Shown here in pieces: positions 14,535 through 26,800 of a DNA stretch of 64,000 nt (positions are counted from its first letter, which is position 1; each line of letters begins with the position of its first letter). Origin of the DNA: Mobula hypostoma (Eukaryota); the NCBI RefSeq assembly GCF_963921235.1, contig NC_086097.1, forward strand, positions 96,226,001 to 96,290,000, given 5' to 3'. The position numbers and the translations under genes were made by a program. Under the pieces are notes generated by a model that did no database searches, had not been told where the DNA came from, and saw nothing but the letters and a program-made list of their open reading frames with translations.

Positions 14535-14940
14535 AACACACACAAAATGCTCGAGGAACTCAACAGGTAAGGTAGCATCTATGGAAAAGTGTACAGTCAC
14601 CATTTAGGCCGAAGCCCTTCTTCAGGACTCATAAGGAAGTGGGAAATGCCAGAATAAAAAGGGAGGGGAGAGGAAAGAGGCAAGCTAGAAAGTGATAAAT
14701 GAAGCCAGGTGGGTAGGAACAGTCAAGACCTGGAGAAGAAGAATCTGATAGGAGAGCAGAGTGGACAATAAGAGAAGGGGAAGGAGGAGGGGACCCAGGG
14801 AGAAGTAATAGGCGGGTGCGAAGAAGTAAAAGGTTAGAGTGGGGATTAGAAGAGGGGGAGGGGAAATTTGTTCACCAGAAGGAGAAATCAATATTCAAGC
14901 CATCAGGTGGAGTGTAGTCAGATGGAATATAAGGTGTTAA
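14535..14940 (-). mobile_element. Penelope-like element 3' remnant (pseudo-LTR with degenerate hammerhead)
   Basis: acacacaaaatgctcgaggaactcaacagg...gcatctatggaa block followed by a purine-rich tract and gccatcaggtggag, co-linear with the GIY-YIG-bearing copy at 56265-58720. Confidence 0.7.
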
Positions 14941-15246
14941 TCTTGTTATCAGTAGATGAAGATACACACCCAAATCCTCTACTTTGCGATTTTACATTAC
15001 AGATACTACCTAACAAGTCTTTTATTTCCAGCATTTTTATTCTTATTTTTGACAAAAATAACTGTTACTTCCTCAGTGAAAGTATTCAATAGTATTATGC
15101 AAAGTTACATCAACGGCTTGGTATGCAGTGTACAAAAAAGAATAGTGTTGTTAACCAAAGAGGATGAAATGTTATTTTTGGTCTTGTAGAACTCAAGAGG
15201 AATTCATTGGCTTTACCAATATATAGCAGAATGTTCTGGGCTTTCT

Positions 15247-15484
15247 AGGGAATTGAGAAACCAGGCAGCCAAAAATGCTATTAGGTACATGATACATTTC
15301 CTGTTTTCTTTATTGCTCACTCTCTTATCGACCCCACTGGATTCAATCACATGACCCTTCCAGGGAATTGAGAAACTAGGCAGCCACAAATACTACAGGG
15401 TACATGATACACTTCCTATTTTTTTAAATTGTTTATTATCTAGGCTTCTTATCATCCCCACCGGATTCTATCACATAACCCTTG
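15247..15484. repeat. Diverged tandem duplication, two units of about 115-122 bp
   Basis: Both units start agggaattgagaaac.aggcagcca and end ggattc.atcacat.accctt (15247-15361 and 15362-15484). Confidence 0.85.
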
Positions 15485-16263
15485 CTTAACACAACAATTC
15501 CCATTTTTTGAAATTGTTCTTGTTCAGAGATGACTTAATCAAATCAACTAAAAGTGGACACAATGATATCCCCACTGATAATCTGATAAACCAGAGAACA
15601 TTTCCAAATATAAAGTTGTTAGTGAGGTTTTATTTGGTAAGATAGAAGGTGCAGGCCTATGAAAAGGGCAGAGTGTGACTCAGACCTGAAGTTACCTGAG
15701 GCCAGCCACTGGCTGATCTGGCTAAACTGGTTTGAGTTGGCATGACTCAGGGAGAACAAGTCTAGTCAAAGAGCAATAAAGTAATATCACTTATAGGGTT
15801 GGGTCAGATCCAGTGAGAAACTAATACAGGTTAGCCAGATAAGCAGTGCAAAATCTGGACACTCACAAGAAAGACTCCATGCCAGGAATTTCAATTATTT
15901 GGCCAACAGGAGATCCTATACTTAATAAATTGGAGTGGTAGTCTGAATGAGCATTGGTACAAGGGGAACAGTTGTTGACCTGGGGACAACTTAATTCACA
16001 GAGATATTTGCATAGGTACAATAAAGTGTGAGTTTCGAATTAAGTACATTTGCGCCATAATTTACCTAATCTTTTTGACCAAGGCATGGGTCAACAAACT
16101 AAATTACTTGTACTGCACAGCACCCTTTAGTCATAAAAACTGACAACCTAGACTGATCTTGTACTTAACTAATACCCTTGCAAATAACCTTTCTAAAATA
16201 GGTCACAGAATTAAAAACCAGCATTTCAGAACATCAAAGGGCTTCACAAGCAGTTACCACTTA

Positions 16264-17812
16264 TAGTGGTGCTAGAAAGTTTGTGAACCCTGTATAATTT
16301 TCTCTATTTCTGCATTAATGTTACGTAAAATGTGATCAGATCTTCACGCAAATCCTAAAACTAAATAAAGAGAACTCAACTAAATATATAACACAAAAAT
16401 CATTATACTTGTTCATTTGCTTATTGAGAAAAAATGATCCAATATTTCATGTACTTGTTGGAAAAAGTATGTGAACCTCTGGGGTAATGCCTTTTACAAA
16501 AGCTTTTTGGAGTCAGGTGTTCCAATCAATGAGATGAGATTGGGGGTGCGGTTTATCGAGGTCCCCTGCCCTATAAAAAAGACACACAAAGTCAGGTTTC
16601 TGACAGAGTCTGCTCTTCTCAAGAAAGATCCATTTATGTGCACCCTGTCTCAATCAAAACAACTTTCAGAGGACCTTAGAAGAATTGTAGAGATGCATGA
16701 AGCTGTAAAAGGTTACAAAAGATCAGAGTGTACATCAGTCCACAGTAAGAGAAGTTGACTGTTGCTGCATTCCCTAGGAGAGGGCATCCTGCAAAGGTCA
16801 CACCAAGAGCACAACACGCAATACTGAAGGAAGTGAAAAAGAACCCAAGGGTAACAGCAAAAAGACCTGCAGAAGTCTCTAGAACTTGCAAAAGTCCCTG
16901 TTCATGTGTCCACTACAAGAAAAACACTGAACAAGAAGGACACCGCAGAGGAAACCACTGATCTCCAAAAAAAAAATTGCTGCACGTCTCAAGTTTGCAA
17001 AAGACCACTTGGGTTTTCTACAACACTTCTAGGACAATGTTCTGAGGACAGATGAGACAGAAGTTGAACTTTTTGATAGAAATACAGATTGCTATGTTTG
17101 AAAGAAAAAGGGAACTGCATACCATCATCAACTGTGAAGCATGGTGGAAAGAGCATCATGGTTTAGGGCTGCTTTGCTGTCTCAGGGCCTGGACAGCTTG
17201 TAATTGTTGAGGGAACAATGAATTCAAAATTGTATTAAGACATTTTACAGGAGAATGTCAGGGTAATAGTCCGTCACCTGAAGCTTAATAGAAGTTGGAT
17301 AACGCAAAAAAGACCATGATCTGAAAGACAAGGGTGAATCAAAAACAGAATGGTACAAAGAAAATTTGTGTTTTGGAATCGCTGAGTCAAAGTCCTGAAC
17401 TTAATCTGATAGAAATGTTGTGGGAGGACCTGAAGCAAGCAGTTCATGCAATGAAGCCCACTAACATCCCAAAGCTGAAGCAGTCCTGTAAGGAGGAATG
17501 GCCTAAAATTCCCCTAAGCCGAAGTGCAGGACTGATCAATAGTTACCAGAAACGTTTGGTTGAAGTTTTTGCTGTACTAGTGGGGCACACTAATTACTGA
17601 ATGCAAAGGTTCACATACTTTTCCAACAAATATATGTAATATGGATCATTTTTTTCAATAAATGAATAACTATAACATATTTTGTGTAATTTATTTAATT
17701 GGGTTCTCTTTGACTAGCTTTTGGACATGTGAAGATCCGATCACATTTTAAATCATATTTATGCCAAAATAGAGAAGATTCTACAGGGTTCACAAACTTT
17801 CCAGCACCACTG
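16264..17812 (+). mobile_element. Tc1/mariner DNA transposon, IR/DR type, with degenerate transposase
   Basis: About 210-bp inverted repeats ((c/t)agtggtgctagaaagtttgtgaaccc ... gggttcacaaactttccagcaccactg), TA on both sides, inner repeat aaagtatgtgaacc. Transposase fragments SKQLSEDLRRIVEMH, KEVKKNPRVTAK, TDETEVELF, QSPELNLIEMLW, ending GHTNY at 17600. Confidence 0.93.
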
Positions 17813-18369
17813 TAAATGCAAACAGACTATGCAATCAGTTTATGTATGGCAAGGTATCATCGACAACAACTGGGTAAACAACAGGAAAATTGTTTTGATG
17901 ATGTTATTTGAGAAATTAATAGGACACTAACTCCTTTGCCCTTCCTCAAAAAATGCCATGAGATTTTTTCAAACCTGTATCTTAAGCAGAGGGGTCTTGG
18001 TTGATCACCCCATTCAAAACAGGGTACATATTTTTGAAAGTTCACACACCTGTGGGAATTTTTTGAACTGAACCACTGAACCAAGAGTATAATGACTGTC
18101 ACTGAACCACTGGAACTTGGCAGAATTAGAAGCTGACGACTCTTCAGGAGAATGGGAACAAACATATTTTGGCTTAGATTGTCTGACAGAGCAAACTGGG
18201 CTCTTCTACTGTTCTTTGATTTGTACAAAGAACTGCAATTAGAAGAGTGTATTCATACCTTTTCCCATTAACAGCACCATCAGTGCAGCACTTCTCCCTT
18301 GAGTGCTAACCTAAATTATATTTCTTATGATAATGATACCTCCTGCGCTGTTCAATACACTCCTGCACC

Positions 18370-18590
18370 ACATTCTCTCTCCCACCAATCAACTATACGA
18401 GGAGTGATTTACAGCTACCAATTAATCTAGAAGCATGCAGCTTGGATTATGGAGTGAACTAGAGCACCGAGGAGAAAATCCACACTGTTATAGGGAGAAT
18501 ATACAAACTCCACAAAGACAGCATCAGATGTCAGAATCAAACAAGGATAGTTAAAGCTGTGATGCTTTGCTGAGCCATGATGCTGCCCCA
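18370..18590 (-). mobile_element. Degenerate V-SINE
   Basis: Reverse-complement V-domain pattern (atttacagctaccaattaatc...gaactagagcaccgaggagaaaatccacac...acaaactccacaaagacagca). Confidence 0.55.
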
Positions 18591-19189
18591 AAATATTCTT
18601 AAACAGGATTTGAAGGCATGATCTTTTGACTGAGATGAGAATGCTGTTGCTAAATCAGGATGGCACTTAGTGATCAGGAGTGTTAAGTCTGGCCAATCTT
18701 TTCACCTCCATGGCCAGTTATGATAAAACTGTATAGAAACATAGAAAACATACAGCACAATACAGGCTCTTCGGCCCACAAAGCCATGCCGAACATGTCC
18801 CTCTATGTTCCTATGTTTATCATTGTTCTACAAAATCTCTACTTCTTAGAATAGTTAATAGCATTAGTTAAAATAGCTTCATCCATCATCACTTTTCTAC
18901 TAATGACTGTTGCAAACCTATATAGAACTCTATAAAGAAGGACATAAAATAGGTCACATGGAATCAAAGAATGCACTTAGTTACATTTTATCCTTAAACT
19001 TTATTCACAATGATAACTTACTTATGGATTACAGTAACCTGCCTAGTTTAATATAAACAATGTGTAGGGAGAGTTCTGAGGAAGATGGTGAGATAATTCA
19101 GCAATGGATCTTCCTGAATAATGAGGCATTGTCAGAAAAAAATCTAAACCTAAAGGTAAACCTAAACAAGGCAATGGCAACAAAAATAC

Positions 19190-19243
19190 CTTTGCAATGT
19201 AGACAGAGTTGGATTTGGAGTACCCTGGATTCAACTCTTCAGC
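19190..19243 (-). CDS. RMDN3: RMDN-family coding exon: AEELNPGYSKSNSVYIAK
   Basis: 54 nt, phase 0-0. Acceptor ttgttttacag|GCT, donor AAG|gtattt. Matches the RMDN AEEL.PG(Y/F)SK...VYI.K motif. Confidence 0.88.
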
Positions 19244-20021
19244 CTGTAAAACAATTGGTTAAGATTAACGATATTGTTTATTTTACATGGATTACAACTG
19301 CTACTTTTCTTTTAATGGAATTAGTTTAAGTTCATTGAAAAATGTCATGACAGATATTTTCACTATTGTATTAATCCCAGCTCAAAATCGTACGAGGAAA
19401 ATGTAGTTATTGTTTAAACAATGTACTTTAATCCCAATTACAGAATGGCACTAATGAACTTTTGTAATTTCTTTGCCTTGAACTAAAGGCAGTTTCATGC
19501 TATGGACCCATCAGATTTCCAGTTTGACACTGATCCCACTGGGAAATCTATGACTTAACCCAATTAGTTTTTGTGAATTTAAGTCACTCTCACTCGTTGA
19601 AAATAAGGTATTCTAACAGACTGTTTCACTTAGTAACAAGTGCTGTATAGTATTTACTCTCATAATGTAATCAATTTATTTTCCTTGTATTAACATCTTC
19701 TTTTAAAATGTCTGGGCCAGCTTTTAAACTCAGTACTCAAGTAGAGGGAGAACAAACAAAGAACTTCTTAACTAAGGGATAAGTTTCTTGGTTCATACCA
19801 ATGTTGGGTTATTATCAGCATTTCATCTAGTTGCTGAGCAATATTGTAAAATTAATGTACTCCTTGACATTTGGGTGTAAATAATTCTCCAAAAGTCTCA
19901 GTAAATCATTTGCATTTTGTATGTGGCTTATGTGTACCTAACTGGTATATTTCAGTTGCTTTTCTTTTTGAAGAATGGTCAAGACTTTGCTCACAGATTT
20001 GAGTATCTGGCATTCCATATA

Positions 20022-20183
20022 CAGTACTGTGCAAAAGTCTTCGGCATATATATATATATATATAATGTCTAAGACCTCTTCACAGTACTGCAGTAATTTT
20101 ATGTATTGCACTGTACCACTGCCACAAAATAAAAGCTATATATTGTATATGTCTAGGGTGTCTAAAACTTTTGCACAGTACTG
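20022..20183. mobile_element. Short Tc1-like MITE with an internal (TA)n tract
   Basis: Inverted termini ta|cagtactgtgcaaaagtct ... aaaacttttgcacagtactg, with an extra internal copy of the right end near 20070-20090. Confidence 0.6.
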
Positions 20184-20850
20184 TGTTTATCAATGTGGAG
20201 CAGACAGTGTGTTTCTAAATCTGGCGGGAGCAAAGAATGTTGAGAATGGTGAGGGTGGAGCGCTGCGGGAAGGGTATGGGGCAGGTGGCAGAGGAATGCC
20301 AGGGTCAGCGGGTGGTGTGGGTGGAATCATTTGATTCCAAACAATAGGTTTATTGATTATTACAGGATGTCTCTGGTGCTTTCCACTCCTTTCTCATTTT
20401 CCCAACCATGATTCCCCTTTCCCTGCCCCATCCCAGTCTCAGTCCATATATGATATACGTATATATATACTGTAGCTGAGATGTTTACAAAGTACTGTAA
20501 CTCCAAGTGCAACTTGGTATCAAGCAATATACATACACTAGAGACTGAATGAATTCCAGGAGAATCTGCTGCCATCTGCCACAGTACAAGTAAGATTACA
20601 TAATAAATTTGTTGTTTAATTGGTTCCATGTTTAAGTACATATAAAGGTACATATCCTTGGAAGTTGAAGAAGAAAAGAGGATATGGTGAAAAGGCAGCG
20701 AACACAGCTTTGTTTAAACTGTAACAGTTAACAAACTAGCATTCAGTCATGCTTTTTGGATCCTGTGCTGAAACAAAAATGATTCATGGTTGGCAAAAAA
20801 TAAAAATCAGACAATAAAGCAAATTAGTAATGCTAAATACTCAACAAGTT

Positions 20851-21960
20851 TGTCAAGTTTGTCTGTGAAGTCTGTATTCCGGTTCACGGTCCGGTCCATT
20901 GACCCTTGCTCCAGGTTTTCCTGTCTACCCTGTCTCTATTCTTGTTGAGCTCTAATTGAGGCAGCTGATGCTCGTTGGGGCTGGCTGCATAAATACCTTC
21001 AGAGACCAGGGCGTGGCTGCTGGATTGTTCTTGTCCTTATTCCTTGTATCCCTTCTCCTGCCTTCTGTTTCCTCGCCTGAAGCCTTGCCGGTAACTCTGG
21101 CCTCGCCTGAAGTTCTTGTTTCGCCTTGCATTGCCTGAAGCCTTGCGTTGTTTTGCCGGTCACTCTCGCCTCGCCTGAAGTTCTCGTTTCACCTTGCATT
21201 GCCTGAAGCCTTGCCTTGTTTTGCTAGTAACTTTCGCCTCGCCTGAAGTTCTCGTTTTGCCTTGCAATGCCTGAAGCCTTGCCTGGTCTTGCTGGTAGCT
21301 CTCACCTCGTCTCGCCTGCAGTCTTGTCCTGGAGCCACCCTGTACCTAGCTCCCTTCCTGTCCCTTGCCTCTGCTCAGGCAAGCCAGGCCGTCTTGCCGT
21401 TACCTGCGGTTAGTTCTGTCCCTTTCTGTCCCTTGCCTCCATCGGGTAAGCCAGGCCGCCTTGCCGTTACCTGCGGTTAGTTCTGTCCCTTTCTGTCCCT
21501 TGCCTCCATCGGGTAAGCCAGGCCGCCTTGCCGTTACCTGCGGTTGGTTCTGTCCCTTCCTAATCCATGCCTCCGTCGGGTGGTGATCTGCACCCTGCCC
21601 AGGAGGAGCCTGCCTAGCCTCAAACCTGAAGACTCCAGCCTCCTGCCTAGCCTCAAGCCTGAAGACTCCAGCCTCCTGCCAAGCCTCGCCTCTAGCCTCA
21701 AGCCTGAAGACTCCAGCCTCGTCCTCCCTGCCTGCCAAGCCTCGCCCTTGCCTAGTTCTGGGATCCGAGCCACAGGCAAGACCCAGGTACTGGGTCTTTG
21801 TCCAGTCTCTGGCTCAGAGTCCAAGCCCGGGCTCCTAGCTCTCTTGTCCAGTCCTGTTCCGTGTTCCCGGTTTTCGTGTCCATGTCCTTGCCCTCACCCT
21901 GTATCCTAGTCCTGTCCCTAGTACTTCAGTGTCTGTGTCTTGCACTTGGGTCCGTTCCCA
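20851..21960 (+). mobile_element. Solo LTR (Gypsy-like) containing minisatellite arrays, copy 1
   Basis: TGTCA...CA termini; 5-bp TSD aagtt (20846-20850 and 21961-21965); TATA-like gcataaata near 20987; ends ttgcacttgggtccgttccca; homologous to 32455-33610. Confidence 0.8.
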
Positions 21961-23827
21961 AAGTTAGGCAAAACAGAACCTTACTGAGGACGTCAGCCAC
22001 ATGTTGCATCACCATGCTGCACAACTTTAATAGTCTCTTGTTTCTCTTTATCAATAACTAATTTTAAATATCACATATACTTCTCATGAAGATTCCTATA
22101 GATAGAAGCAATAACTTACTTATTTTGCTCATTATTTACGCAACATTCAATAACAATCAATCACATGAAAATACTTGGTTTACCAAACCAGTTCTGGCAC
22201 TGAGGAGAGAAATCCTATCAATTATTATACTTCTCCCATAGCCCTGCAAACTGTTCACTCTATCCTATTCCATTTTGAAAGCCCTGTCTGACAGATTCTA
22301 TTCCTGCCAGCCACAATGACAGTGAGCTCCAGATCATAATTTCTCACTGCATAAAAATGTTTTTCTTTTATCACATCCTCTTGTATATTTAGATCTGTGC
22401 TCCTTCGTCCTTGAACAGTTCCTCTTCATTTAACCTGTCTAAACCAGTTATGATTTTATACTCCTCTCAATTGCCGTTGCTCCAAGGAGACCAATTCCAG
22501 TTTCTCTATCCTAACTTTACAGCTATAATATAAAGTCCATATAATACTTGTATTAAGACAATGACGTTAGTCCTACTAAAATTGATTTTTGAATTTCTTT
22601 TCCAATACCCTTCCAGCAGTCTGTCATACTGAACAGTGATGATTTATCAAATGGATGCAATTTTATCCTTTGCTTCCCCTTGTTGATTTCATATTCCCTC
22701 ACCTAACTTCTTCATTTCTTAAACTAATTGTTTTTTTTAACCAGAGAAAAGCTCTTCAGCCAATTGTATGGGTAAAACAATTAAGCATGTAAAAATATAT
22801 ACAACTGTTCAATATTGTCAGCAATCAGTAATCTTCAGTCAGTTCTCGGGGTTAATCAAAATGAAATTATTATGCACTTAAATATGTAGGAACATGGAAT
22901 AAGAAAGCATAATTCATACATTTCATCTACATACTTTGAAAACAACTTGAAAATATAATCTTCCAGAAATAGGAGGTGGATACAGAGCAAATAGGACTGG
23001 AGATTATAAAATAAAAATGTAAACTGAGGAAGACATGGTGAATCTGCAAGGGGGAAGTAACAAGCAGGGTGGACAAAGGAGAGGCACTGGATGTCATTTA
23101 CTTGGATTTTCAAAAGGCATTTGATAAGGTGCCATGCATGAGGCTGCTTAACAAGATAAAATCCTATAGCGTTACAGGAAGGACACTGGCAAGGATAGAG
23201 GAATGGCTGACAGGCAGGAGGCAGCGAGTGAGAATAAAGGGGACCTTTTCTGGTTGGCTGCCAGTGACTAGTGGTGTTCCTCAGGGGTCAATATTGAGAC
23301 TGCTACTTTTCACATTGTTTGTCAATGATTTAGGTAATGGAATTGATTACTTTGTGGCAAAGTTTGCAGATGATACGAAGATAGGTGGAAGGGTAGGTAG
23401 TACTGAGGAGGCAATGTGATTGCAGCAGGACTTAGACAAATTGGAAGAATGGGCAAAAAAGTGGCAGATGGAATACAGTGTTGGGAAATGCATGATAATG
23501 CATTTTGGTAAAAGGAATAATAGTGCAGACTATTATCTAAATGGGGAGAAAATTCAAACATCAGAGGTGCAAAGGGACTTGGGAGTCCTCTTGCAAGACT
23601 ACCAGAAGATTAATTTATAGGTTAAGTCTGTGGTAAAGAAGGTATATGCATGGTTGGCATTTATTTAAAAGGGAATAGAATATAAAAGCAAGGAGATAAT
23701 GATGAAGCTTTATAGAACACTGGTCAGTCTGCACTTGGAGTACTGTCAACAGTTTTGGGCCCCGTATCTCAGAAAGGATCTATTGTCATTGGAGAGAATC
23801 CAGAGGGGGTTCATGAGGATGATTCCA

Positions 23828-26800
23828 TAAGACCATAAGGCCATAAGACAAAGGAGCAGAATTAGGCCACTTGGCCCATCGAGTCTGCTCCACCATTCAA
23901 TCATGGCTGACCCCTTTTTCCCCTCCTCATCCCCGTTCCCCAGCTTCTCCCCATAATCTTTGATGCCATGTCCAATCAAGAACATATCAAGTTCTGCCTT
24001 AAATACACCCAACGACCTGGCCTCCCCAGCTGCCTGAGGTAACATATTCCACAAATACGCTACCCTCTGGCTAAAGAAATTTCTCCACATCTCTGTTTTA
24101 AATGGACGCCCCTCTGTCCTGAGGCTGTGCCTTCTTGTCCTAGAGTCTCCCACCATGGGAAACATTCTTTCCATATCTACTTTGTCTAAGCTTTTCAATA
24201 TTCGACAGGTTTCAGTGAGATCCTCCCTGCCACATCCATCTAAATTCCAGCGACTACAGACCCAGAGCCATCAAATGTTCCTTGTATGATAACCCTTTCA
24301 TTCCCAGATTCATCCTTGTGAACCTCCTCTGAACCCTCTTTATAAACGTTTGAGGTTGGCCAAGGTGCGACAACTGAAGGAGTGAGTGAGGGCATTGGCT
24401 GAGAAGGAGCAGTTGACTTAAAACCCGGTCGAGACCAGCCTGCAAGACAAACGTTCGAGGTTGGCCGAGGTGTGACAAGTGAAACGAATTAGTCAAATAT
24501 CAGCCAATATAATCAAGGTTTGCTCTAGGGGAGCGGCCTTGTTGAGGGAAGTGTCTTGTGAGAAAAGTGCGAGTCTTTGGCTCGAGAGTCTTCGGCGAGG
24601 AGGCTGAGGGAGGAGACTACGCCACAGTTGGAGAGGGTGAGAAGTGGTGAAGAGATGACAGGTCAACTGATTCAGTGTGCTGCTTGCATGATGTGGGAGG
24701 TCAGGGACGTTGATGGTGCCTCTGGCTGCTACAAATGTGGAAAGTGTGTCCAGGTTCAGCTCCTGAAGGACTGTGTTGAGACAATGGAGAAGCAAACAGG
24801 AGTTTTCTGGACAGGACCTATAGTGACATCGTTACACCGAAGATACGGGAAGAGAGAGGGGGGGCGACTATGAGGAAGGGATGGATGCTTGGAGTACAGG
24901 ATAACCCGGGGGATGTGCCTTTTGAAAACAGGTTCACCCTCTTGGAAGCTGTCGGGACAGAAGACAGTGCCAGTCTGAGAGGTGGACGGGTCTGCAAGTC
25001 AAAAATTGGTGCTGAAATAAAGCAGAAGAGATAGACCGTCAGGCAGAGCCGTGGTAGTAGGGGACTCCATAGTGAGAGGTACAGATAGGGGTTTCTGCAG
25101 CAACAGGTGAGATTTAAGGATGGTGTGTTGCCTCCCTGGTGCCAGGATCAAGGACATCACAGACCGATTGCAGGGCATCCTCAAGGGAGAAGGTGATCAG
25201 CCGGAGGTGGTGGTGCATGTCGGCACAAATGATGTCGGGAAGAAGATGAGAGACATTTTGCAGCGTGACTTCAGAGAACTCGGAAGAAGGCTGAAAAGCA
25301 GGACATCCAGGGTGGTTATCTCGAGTTTGCTTCCAGTTCCTTGTGTTGGAGGGGACATGAACAGGGAGGTAGGGGATCTGAATGTGTGGCTGAGGAGCCG
25401 GTGCGGGGAGCAGGGATTTAGATTCTTGGACCACTGGGATCTGTTTTGGGATAAGGATGAATTGTACAGAAGGGACGGATTACACCTTAACAGACGGGGG
25501 ACCAGCGTTCTGGCAGGCAGGTTTGCCACTGCTACATGAGTGTGTTTAAACTAAGTAGTGGGGGGGGGGGAGGGGATGAACTGGAAATATAAGAATGGAG
25601 TTAAAGGGAAAGAGAGAATAAGAAAAATTAAGAGACCACAGAATTAAAGGGGCAGAAAGCTCAAGAAGGGATTGGAGAGTATGGCAAAGCGCAATAGGAA
25701 TCGATGTGAAAGGTGAGGGGAGTAAAAGTATTACTTTAAAAGGATTAAAAGTATTATATATGAATGCACGGAGTATAAGAAATAAAGTGGATGAGCTTGA
25801 GGCTCAGCTGGAAATTGGCAAGTATGATGTTGTGGGAATAACAGAGACATGGCTGCAAGAGGACAAGGGCTGGGAAATGAATATTCAGGGCTATACATCC
25901 TATCGAAAGGACAGACAGGTTGGCAGAGGGGGTGGGGTGGTTCTGTTGGTGAGGAATGAAATTCAGTCACTTGCGAGGGGGGACATAGAATCAGGAGATG
26001 TAGAGTCAGTATGGATAGAACTGAGAAACTGTAAGGGCAAAAAGACCCTGGTGGGAGTTATCTACAGGCCCCCAAACAGTAGCCTGGATAGAGGCTGCAG
26101 GTTAAGTCAAGAGTTAAAACTGGCATGTCGCAAAGGTAATTCTACGGTTGTTATGGGGGATTTTAACATGCAGGTAGACTGGGAAAATCAGGTTGGTACT
26201 GGACCCCAAGAAAGGGAGTTTGTGGAATGCCTCAGAGGTGGATTCTTAGAGCAGCTTGTATTAGAGCCTACTAGGGAGAAGGCAATTCTGGATTTAGTGT
26301 TGTGTAATGAGCCAGATTTGATAAGGGAACTCGAGGTAAAGGAGCCATTAGGAGGTAGTGACCATAATACGATAAGTTTTAAACTACAATTTGAGAGGGA
26401 GAAGGGAAAATCGGAAGTGTCAGTATTGCAGTTGAACAAAGGGGACTATGGACACATGAGGGAGGAGCTGGCAAAAGCTGACTGGAAAGATACCCTAGCA
26501 GGGATGACAGTGGAACAACAATGGCAGGTATTTCTGGGAATAATACAGAAGGTGCAGGATCAGTTCATTCCAAAGAGGAAGAAAGATCCTAAGGGGAGTA
26601 AGGGGCGACCGTGGATGATAAGGGTAGTATAAAAATAAAAGAGAGGAAGTATAACATAGCAAGGATGAGTGGGAAGCCAATGGATTGGGAGACCTTTAAG
26701 GAGCAACAGAAGATAATTAAAAAGGCAATACGGGGGGAAAAGATGAGGTACAAAGGTAAGCTAGCCAAAAATATAAAGGAGGATAGTAAAAGCTTCTTTA

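Noticed and set aside
21070..21750. CRISPR-like array (also 32870-33230 and 62855-64000)
   Set aside because: Units are contiguous tandem repeats without unique spacers, there are no cas genes, and the context is vertebrate.
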